The notes beneath the pieces are model-generated. The model worked only from the letters and a program-made list of their open reading frames with translations, did no database searches and was not told the DNA's origin. This document shows positions 53,500 to 64,000 of a stretch of DNA of 64,000 nucleotides, in pieces. A program made the translations under genes and the position numbers. The DNA lies in contig NC_134027.1 of assembly GCF_964204645.1 (NCBI RefSeq), positions 4,062,485 through 4,126,484 of the forward strand, written 5' to 3'. Positions within the stretch are counted from its first letter, which is position 1; the number at the start of each line of letters is the position of its first letter. This DNA comes from Tubulanus polymorphus. Taxonomy: Eukaryota; Animalia; Nemertea.

Positions 53500-54322
53500 T
53501 TGACCGAGTAACTCGTCCTACTGAATGAGCAATGGTCCGCAGCAGCAATCAATTTCATCGGAATCTGCCGAATAAAAAAGTTCGAGGATATTTCATCGCA
53601 AGCCATTATCAATGATTAGAATGAAATCAGATCAAGGGTCATCGACATTTTTAACATCGACGGTCACTTTATTACATTGTGAATATTGCGATACACATTA
53701 CGAACTCATTTATAGTCAAAAGTTGAAGGACGAACTGCTGAATACGGTTGAAATTTCTTCATTTCGAATGAAATCAATGCGCAAAGCAGAAAGACTGATT
53801 TGATTTCAGTTGCGCTGCGATAATGTGGCTTTAATTGCTGCTGCGTGCTGGAAATATCTTACTGGCACATTGCCGAAGAATGTTTAGGGTTCCAATTTGA
53901 CCTGATCAGAAGCTAATCGAGTTGATTGTTCTTCTCTTCCCATCACAATACGTACCATTAACTGAATTTATTCCATTCACATGCTTTATTTTTACATATA
54001 CATGAGAATCTGTCGATATCTTTGATGATCGCGATGACCAAAGCAACATCGCCGATATTCTGGTAGACAATTACATCTGACTGCTACGGATGGCTAAACA
54101 TTACCCGGTCATCAATTTATTGGATGCAGACATTGTTTAAGTGATTAGAATATTAAGGGGTTGTTTCCTTTACTGTAAGGAGAACTGCCGTCTAATGGGT
54201 TTGCTGTACATGTCTTCACTGTCAACTATTTTAATGCGGCTTTTATTTGCTCGTTCTGGGGGAAATACCGAACTAGCACAAACATTGCCCAAATAGCAAG
54301 AATACACCGATTCCGCACAGTG

Positions 54323-54482
<160 letters not shown>

Positions 54483-57400
54483 TATTTGTCTCGATGCTCA
54501 CAAACTGATTAATGTTATAGATGCTCTATATTGACATAGCGAAACAGTTTTCCCACCGATTATAGATATTTATGAAATTATTGACATTTTCATAATCATA
54601 AAAAGATTATCTTTCCGTGCGCGATGTTTATGCTGATTATGGTATATCATCAACGCAGAGCTAATGATTTGTTATGTATGTTTTACTTCCCAAGTGGTAG
54701 GGTCATCACAACTGTATTTTAATATCTGTTTACATCATTGTATTCGATGGTATTAGTTCCGCCAAAAACTACCCGGTGGATTGGGTCAGGTTTGTGGAGT
54801 ATGTTATCTCAACTGTCAGAGATAGAAACAAACTGTCATTTCTCTTACTGATACGTGATATTCCAAGTGCTCTCCTTCAAGTTTTGGAGATACTTCAATT
54901 GCCATTTCTTCTCACCTGGCACACATACTTCAGAGGTAGTGCAAACTGAAATGCATTCTGAGATCATTCAGTTGAGTATATAGGTTCTATAGGAAAAATC
55001 TAACGTTTGATGGGAATATATCTCGGAGAGGATCTCTACAACTTCATAAACTCTGAAAAATGGATACATACTTCTGCATCATTTCCAATTGGACATTGTT
55101 CATCAAAAGGAAGTGATCTTTGTTGAAAGATATTAAGACGAGTACTGAACATCATTTCTAAGAATCAAAAATAATTATCAACAGGAACTCGGATATCTTT
55201 GATGGTATGAGGTTCTGCCATTGTTTTATGAAGAGGAGTGGAGCTGATGTTAGTACTGAGCACGATATAGAATGCGATATTAAAGCGACTTGAAATATAA
55301 GTTGTTGAAGCGAGGTTGTGTATTGATGAAGTAAACTCTTTCTGTTTGTCTGCGTCTGCTGACTGTTGTAATTATTAGTATCTTTCAATCATGTATATTG
55401 TTTGTACAGGTTTCTACAACAACAGGTGAGGAATCAACTGTGCTGGATAAAAATTCATTTCATTTCGTTGCAGTTATGTTTTTTAACATCGTACTGAACA
55501 ACTTTTCTTACACGATTCTTTTTCTTTCTCTTTTCATGTTTATCTTGATTTATTGAAATTCTTCCTAAAGGTGAGTGTTACTTCCTTTTATGATATCATA
55601 AAATATATTCACTACATGCTTATAAGTACTGATATTTTGGCTCGACAGTTCTTACAGCAAATAATTTAATAAGGCCTAATTCTTGTGTTGGTATTTCTGA
55701 CTTGCCTTTGTACATGGAATTCCTTCGCTTTTCTATCTTGCACTTCTCTAACCGGTTGCGACTTATCCAATGTTATGATAACATTCACGAGACCCTTCCA
55801 TTAGCAAAGTGCCAGTATTGATTCTATCTGAGAGAAAAGAAGAATGTGCAGTCTTTAACCACTCAGTCATCCGTGATGAACGGATTTCTCGACACCTTCT
55901 TAGTCTTTACATATCCTTCAATTGTAAGACAAAGATTTACCTTGTAACGTTTTCAGAACATTTCTAAGAGAACGTTTCAAATTGATGCACTGCGGTGCGC
56001 TTCCGTGTACAGATAACATTATTACCAAGGATAAATCTCGGAAAACTGAGACCAGAACTCGATTCTGAAAGTTGGAAGTTTTGTCTACATAAACTGATGA
56101 ACGAAGATGATGTTTTCAATGTGACATTATGTTATGTGATTCGGAAGTTTCAGATTGAAGTTTCTGAACTCTTTTCTAGACAACGATATGTTGACATTTC
56201 AAGTTTTGAGTCTTCAACAGATAGTATTCCCAAATAATTTTTCAATGTCGTTTTTTTATGTAGTTTTTCATTGTTCTTTTCGTTGTGGTGCTGATCGACG
56301 AGGAGCGTTTTATATTTTGTCGGTTGATTGATATTCATTGCGTGTCATCGTTGTAAGCATCATTACCAGCTGAAAATCCCCGATGGCACGACTCGTGTTC
56401 CACATCTTCAGTTTGTTTTGATCTTCTGTTTGGTTCAGGAAACGCTGCCTTTAAATGGAAATGATGGAAAAATTCTTCTCTCAGCCTACCCGGTATATAT
56501 CTGTTGGATGTGACTATGTGCTGTGATCATTCTAGCATATTTGAAATGTGGGAGGATGCGAATATTAGGCGGGACCCATTTGCCGGTAATCAAGAGTAAA
56601 ATGAAATAAATTTTGACAGGTACTGATATACATGCTATCTAGTGGGAAAGCCCTTAGTCATGGTCTTTGTGCTGTGCTGGTTGCTTTCAATGACCCCTGT
56701 GGCTAAAATGGAAAGATGGCGGATTATTTTTTCCACTGTTCAAATCTTTACTGAAAACACATTTTGTAAGAATGATTGAAGAAAACTGATAGTGACTCAA
56801 GGCAAAATGTAGAACAGATCGGAGCGTTCTATAAAAAGCTACTGATGTTCAGTTTTCAGATAATTTTAGCTCAATATCCTTGAGTTTTGATGATAAAATC
56901 CATACAGTTGTCAGATTAGAAAAAAACCCCTGTAAAACCGTAGTGATTAACTCGCTCCTTTGCCTGTTTCTGCGTTTCATTCACACCTGTTTATAAGGTA
57001 TAACATACATTAAAGGTTGAAGAACAGTTAGAGTAAGGCAAGTAAGCGGATTTGTTATAAAAATGCTGCTGTTCTAGTGATTTATAAACGTAAATCCCTG
57101 TAATCCCGTGTATAAGACTCTACAGCTGATTTACTAAGATTACGGTATAGATTTTCTTGTTCAGCGCTAGTATTCGTTGTTCAGTTTTAGATGGCGATAC
57201 CAGTAGCTATAGATTGCAGTAATTATGTGAATTTTTATTTTCTTCTGCAATTATGATCATGTGTTTATGAATGCTTTTAGGCTATCATGAGGGGAAAGAA
57301 TCATTTATAAATCATACTCGTCTTCAATCCCGGGTTATTTTTGAATCGAGATATATAGTATGAACCAATTTTCCATTCAGATTATATACTATTCATCTAC

Positions 57401-58305
57401 CTACAGAATCTAGGCTACACCTCCCACCTAGGTTCTCATTTATAGAATTTATTCATAACTTCATTCATCGATGAAGAATAACATCTCGTATGTTCCAGTT
57501 TTAAATGTCTGGAAAAATATATCCTTATTTATCTAGCCACTTTAATAGTAGTCTATAAATTGGATGGCATAGATAATCAGTGTAATTATATTCTGGGTCA
57601 TGTGAGTATGTGAATAATGATGATGATTTGAAGTTACCATCGTCGGTATGTAAATAGTAGCAATCATTATAAAGATCAGATAATGCATCATCATGATTAT
57701 TATCATAAAAAATGAATTATGTTTTAGCCACGTGACTCGGGTCCTAGTCTAGTCTATATCGGGGCAAAATGATTATCGACATAAGTACCCCGAAAACAGA
57801 GAAAATGAACTTTCAGGCGAGATACAGCGACATTGATAATGTGGAAGGCATTTTGTGCTCCTTTAGGCCAGGGTTGTTAGTTACGGAGTGCGAGATTGAA
57901 TTGGATTTGATTAGCTATCATACAGCGTCGATATTATCACGGATAGTCTTGACACGCTAGCCACATTAGCACTGTTAGATCCTGTTAGATCCTGATGACA
58001 TATCGCCTGGGGAACTCAAATAACATGTCATAACTGACAAATCTGAACCGGGTGGCTGTGTACAGACAGCATCGCCATAATAGAACTTGCAGTTTTAGAA
58101 AAATATGGGTAGAAAATCAGTTTCTACATCTGATTTAAGACAAGCTTTCAACGCAAAATCTATTCAATTCAATTCAAAATCTATATAGCTATACTAGCCC
58201 AGCACCCGCCCGAGGGAAGTTTAAAAAGTAAACCACAAGAGACAATGAGTAAAATGAAATGAATAGATTGAATGTTTTAGGTGGCGAGGGACCTGATTTT
58301 CTTCT

Positions 58306-58420
58306 GCTAAAATTTTATTTTGGGCCTGGTCGAATATTTGTGGTTGGGCCAAACATCCTTCGCATTCGGCGCCAGTGTGAACAGTTGTTCCGGGTCAAAA
58401 ATGCTTGCGCAATCGCGGCT
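58306..58420 (-). mobile_element. MITE family 1 partial copy
   Basis: TGAACAGTTGTTCCGGG and ATCGCGGCT end match the reverse complement of the 61103 copy's left part. Confidence 0.65.
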
Positions 58421-61102
58421 GATGTGCAACAAGGAAGAGTCCTAGTCTTGCGTCTGATCACTCATTTGTCCCTCCCCTAGGATGACTGGCCTTGCATCGA
58501 AACCAATGATGTGTTAATTGTTTATGAATCAGCTCGGCATATGGTCAGGTGACGGACATGATGTTCCCTCTGAGCCATTCCCGGCCATCACTTTAACCAC
58601 CCCGACCATATGTTCCGCATCAGTGAACACAACTATTAGAAAATAAATTGCCTGTGATGGTATTCCACCGTAGACGATGAAGGAGGGAGATACAATCAGG
58701 ATATGGAAAGTAAGAATGCTCTCTCAGAGTTTGTCTGATTACGGACTGATTGTAGATTTATATGGGCTTACTGAGGTGAGTGTAATACTGGTTTCGTATA
58801 TCACTTACCTTTATATCGGCGTAAGATTATTTATATGGATAGTTAATGAAATTTTTAAATCTTTGCTTCGATAAGTTTCGAAGCTGACTTTAAAAATGGA
58901 TGAAATATTCCATCATTCTGTGTGATGAGATTGCTGGCGTAATTTCGCTGAATAACCTAATGTTTTTATAATAGTCGATGCTTCTCCAAACCATTTTCTC
59001 CGCTATGTTTACTTGGTCAGCAATCATTTCTGATAGCGCAGGCGCTCATCGATTTATCGAAATGTTGACATTTGCGATGATATTGGATAGAGTTTGTAAA
59101 ATATTTCAAACGTGCGGCTTTACGCTTCTGACTTAGTGTTCGGTACCGGTTTATCAATCATTGATGATAGAAATTGTAAAGATATCCTCAAAGGGGCCAC
59201 AAAACTCCTCAAACCAGCATTTACTAGATTGTCCTCTAAGTCCAGGTATCTGATTAATTTATTTTTATTGCTCGAGTTCCAACATTTAGTTTTGCACTTG
59301 ACAAATTAGCATAGCGTTCAGTATTCCAGTATTCGGTATACCGTGACATTGCTGAGTCAAAGGTTCCTGTAGGAGATCAGGCATTTTATTGCGCTCATAC
59401 CTCATATAGTTGTTTTTTATTTGGCAGTAATGACCCCCTTCGAGATTTGAGAGCGATCATAAATTTTCTTTGAAATAACCGCGCGATATTCGATGATAAT
59501 CGCGTGTGTTTCGTCGAGGTTATACGCACTATCATAATGTGGACAGCAGATGATGATCTGTAGGTACAGGACATGTATAATTAATCTAATTAAGTTGATA
59601 GGTCTGTAATTTATGTCCGAGGTTTCAATTCTGATTAGTCAGACTATCGTAGTGAATCATAGACCTATTGTCTTTATTGAGAGCACTTATGCAGCACTCT
59701 GAGGCGACTGGATACACTTTTCATCACTTCTCAGTCGTTTATGAATTGTTATGAATCTTTCATTCGTCGCTATTCAAGACTGAGAGCGAAGGGAATTGAT
59801 AGATATTTTTTGTAGCGTTGACGCGGAATGAACCGATATTTAGCTATTTTGAGATAAGATTTCATTTTCGTAGTTGTCCGTTGAAGCGTTATAACCTGAT
59901 GAATCCGCCGCAGACATTGTTCCGTCATCTAACGACATTCCTAGATTCACTAAGCGATGGTTATTTGCCGTGAAGATACGATAGGAAATGAGAAAATCTA
60001 CATTCGTGTTGAAAATAACATCCACTGATTGACATCAGACTTATTGTAAATTACTATCAGTATTTGGCTCATCTGCAGAGCGTAGAAAGTGGTCAGATTC
60101 TTTAAAACAACTTAGTTATTTTTTGTAAAATTGAGAGTGCAATCTCGGTGCATTCTAATTGTGAACTCGCTTTTGAAGGGTCGAGAATGATTCTGTAAGT
60201 GTTTGAGCGTTTCACGATGAATACGCAGGTGAGTCAGTAAAACTTAACCTTCTATCATCATTGTTTTGTGTTTCTCTTTGACTCATTGTCAATAATAAGT
60301 CACTCGAGGTTGATGAATGTTTCATTAATGAAGTTGAGTTGAAGATGAGAATGAAATATTTGACTGCTATCGATCAAATTAATGATGAAATTGAGCGAAA
60401 TGTGTCGTTTCGGTTTTTGATGCTTAAGAGACGTTCTGGTCGAAGCTGGTATCGGATTCTTCAGTAAGTCCTGTTTTATTCTTGGAATTCCTTCTAATAA
60501 CAGATTAATAATGATTATTAACGACTGTTGACCTCGTAGCAGGTGTGAACAATCATAACATTGCTACAGGTGAAACTAAATATATGTGTATACAATATTA
60601 GCAAGATCTCTGTTGATTGAATTCGAGTGACCGGTGGGTGTTTGAAATTGTTCATTTCAGGGTGCTGAAATGTCAAGGTTTCTTGAAAAGTTGTCTGAAC
60701 GTCTAAATTTATATTAATCGTTTATTGATATATCATTGTGTCATGATTATTTATCTGGTGATAAACTGTGTCTATCGATTTCATTATTGGAATATTGTCA
60801 AATATTGTTTCGTATGCGAAGACTTTGCACTCACATGTGAAACGCGAGGTCACGGGGTTTAGTAACGTCAACTCTGTTGGGTCTCAGTTTATAACTCTAA
60901 TTAATGGAACATTAAGAATCATGTTGCCTCGACTGATACACGTTAGACATTTTGAAATGACGAAGCAATCTTTTAGTTCAAGGTGAGTGATTTGAAAAAC
61001 ACTTGTCAGTCATCTTGTAAGGTGTTTGTTAAGATTCTCGTCGAGATACATGGAACGGGTGAATTTTAATGACAGCACTAAGTGTCGCGATGATGAATGT
61101 AT

Positions 61103-61433
61103 AGCCGCGATCACACGATCATTTTTGGCCCGTGCCAAATTTGGCCCGGAACAACTGTTCAAATGGGCCCGAGCCTGTTTGACCCGGGCCAAATTTGGCC
61201 CGACCAAAAACATCGGACCAGGCCCGAGCCAAATTTTAGCACCAGACAAATGATTGTGTTCGAATTGCAACTGGCACGGAAATGATCCACTTCGCTTTGT
61301 TTGAGCATTTTTTAGTATCGAGCGAATGGTTCACGTGTGAACTCGCTCTCTAATTAGGCACGGGCCAAATTTGGCTCCAGCCTGATCCGTGCCAATTTGG
61401 CCCGGGCCAAATCGTCTCCGTGTGATCGCGGCT
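61103..61433 (+). mobile_element. PIF/Harbinger-like MITE family 1, best-preserved copy (331 bp)
   Basis: Perfect 15-bp TIR AGCCGCGATCACACG / CGTGTGATCGCGGCT; TAT on both sides; many GGCCAAATTTGGCC palindromes. Confidence 0.9.
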
Positions 61434-64000
61434 TATGATGAATGTAGAGTAATGCGGGAAACTGTAGTAGCTCTCGCTCTCTGTAACAGACTATAGAGCG
61501 CTGTATGCGCCGTGTGTGCGCGCGTTTTGTGACCTATAACAGTTAACCAGCACTCGTAATTATTGCTGGTAGGAGATTTAAATTCATGGAAGGTCCCTGT
61601 TCTCCAGCTCTATCGTTAATTAATCGACATAAAAATCAGGTAAGAGTGATTTCACAGTTATTACACCACTTAACACACATCGCTGACTGTTGTTTCTAGT
61701 AAAAAATGTAACTGAGTGTTTTTGTATGGTTTATTTTGTTTGGAATGGATATATATATATATAATACATGTATTCCTCCTCCAGTCTTTATATATGAATA
61801 TTAGTTAAAAATGTATATCATATATAAGTAAGAAACTCATTAACAAATGTCGTGAACTATATCGTTGTGGTCGTCGGGCAATATTGGCCGTAGGACTTAC
61901 ATAAAAGCATAAATTGAATTTCCATTGCATTTGCTGTATGTATGTTTGCTTTAGGTATAGATTTTTGGCAGCTGTTTGAACGGAAACGGATAAATATTGT
62001 CCACATATCAATTCAGTACAAGTGTTTAAATATTGCCAGCACTAAATTTGAAACTTCATAAATTAGATTTTTACCCTACTTATTAAAGTCGTGGATACCC
62101 CGTTCACCATCAACTGCAATCTCTCTAGTGAAGTATCTAATTATTTCAGGTTTCAAATATCGATTTATAGGAATTTTTCGTACGGAAAAGTGTACTTGAA
62201 AATAGTGTGTGACACAAAAATTTCAGCGTTATACCTGGATAGGTTAATTGATTAATTTTTTATTCAGCCATGAAAACGTTAAAACTCCAACCAGTTGCGG
62301 ATGATTTATAGTTTTTATCGGTTTATGCAAAGATGCACCTAGCAAGCTGTGCCAAGGGCTAATGCCACAATGGCCCAATTATTAGTTTTATGGAGTGGAG
62401 CAGAATATTTGTTTCAAAAAAAGTTGAAATATAAGTATTTTTCTAAAAATATAAATAAATTGGCTATCAGAAAAATCATCAGTTTCTCTATAGTTGGATG
62501 TTGGGTGTTGGCTAACAGTTTTATGATTGATGATCTAACTTTTGAATAACGTATTATCTAGATATTTTTCTATATAAGTTGACCATTTCGAATGCAGAGA
62601 TTGATAGTAGGGTATCTACCTTAACCCTTATTGTCTGGTGTTGTTTTTGCTTTTCATATGACTATACACTAAAGTGAATGACTAATGACTGCCTCGAGTA
62701 TTTTTTAAAATCGCCCATCATTACTGATGTTTTATATAATACATATGTTTATTAGTGCTAGAGCTAGAGCTTATAGACGGCAGTTTTTATCAGAATTCAG
62801 TTACATAATGGTTTTTTATATAGAAGTTTCACTTTATTGGTATGATGAATATCGGTATGATATTGGTACCGTCTCGTCGTATTGACAATATTTAATGTCG
62901 ATAACACGAACGTGGTTGAAAATTCCTCTGCCAACCACGCAGTCATAAGTTTTTGTGAAATTGTTTTTCAGTCAACGGCTGCCCGATGACCCCTGGATGT
63001 TTATGACTAAGTTTCTACGAATCGTACCGAATTAGCACATTTTTTGGTTAACCGTGTGTTCCGATGTAGACAATAAGCAAATGCGCCGATATGATTATTA
63101 AAAACTTCATATTAAGCAACCTCAGCGTGTTTGTTTAGACGAGGGTTTATCTGAGGTGTACGGTGTACCGTGTAGGCCCATCTGGGGTCTTACTGTCTCG
63201 ATTTTTGCTCCAGTGCTGTCTCTAATTGCTGATGTTGTACTATTAGCTGTTTCTGAGTAACAATTTTCACTGAGCAAAAGCCGATAACCGATCTTTGATT
63301 TGACATTTCTTTGATTGTAGTTGATACTGATGTATAACGAAAAGCCAGTTTATCAAAAGGTTAAATCCACAATGAAATAAATCCTTTGTTTTATCAGCAT
63401 TGTTTTAACCGATTTATCAGATAAGCATGTTGATGGGTGGCTGGCTTGAAAATAGTCGATTCCATTAGGAGAATGTATTCTAAATACGTCTAAAATACGT
63501 CTAGTTTGCTCAGAACATTTCACTATTAAAAGTTCCGCTATATCTCGTGAATATTTTATGATTCAGTCTAATAAAATTAAAAGTGATGTTGAGTTTTGTA
63601 GAACGATATTGTTTTGGTAGAACGATGTTGAAACAGTAGATTTCACATGTTGTCAGTTTTATGTGCTTGTTTTACTCATATTTGATGAATCGATGTTCAA
63701 TAGTTGTCACTGCGTCCCTCGAATCATTGCTGTTGACATTACATCAGTGGTGCTGATAATATTTCTGTTTTCCATGTTGGATATTAGTTCAAAGGCTTTA
63801 TTATTCCGCGTTCTTAAACAATGGTTTGATCGTAAATGCAGGTTTTTCTGGTTATAAAAGCTCATTCCCTAGCATGAACTGGCTAAATTTAAAACATGAT
63901 TTGGCGAGACGTACCGGGGGTACTCTTTTTTTAGTCGAAGAACTTAATCCTGCTCAATACATGATTTTAGTGGTCGTATATTTTTTGTATGGCTTTTGGT

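Noticed and set aside
58514-58638. Weak inverted repeat around CATATGGTC/GACCATATG
   Set aside because: Too degenerate to define ends; probably an old MITE.
61010-61285. Overlapping ORFs with GPNLAR/AKFGP repeats (also 16180-16401, 29264-29602, 58259-58480)
   Set aside because: They arise from the GGCCAAATTTGGCC palindromes of MITE family 1.

Overview
AT-rich, intron-containing animal (probably invertebrate) genomic DNA. Gene-dense first 14 kb: (i) the last five coding exons of a Ser/Pro/basic low-complexity protein with SxIP-like motifs (to 1527); (ii) a C2H2 zinc-finger locus (2075-8558) that reads best as ONE gene whose shared 5' exons splice to four mutually exclusive, tandemly duplicated zinc-finger terminal exons, all phase 1; (iii) an orphan minus-strand ORF head-to-head with (iv) a complete 7-exon GMP reductase gene, separated by a mirror-symmetric putative bidirectional promoter. 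From 13601 a coiled-coil-starting gene begins, and the rest of the window looks like its very large introns, with a few candidate micro-exons and alternative first exons. Inside it lies a 5.9-kb intact-looking DNA transposon (20605-26508: perfect 14-bp CAC-starting TIRs, 4-bp ATGC TSD). It encodes a spliced ~906-aa RAG1/Transib/Chapaev-type DDE transposase with a RAG1 NBD/DDBD-like region, a PHD finger inserted in its catalytic insertion domain, and asymmetric bipartite ends. Several MITE families (PIF/Harbinger-like, hAT5-like), a tRNA-derived fragment and microsatellites are scattered through the introns. All gene models were read by eye; there is no expression or database support.
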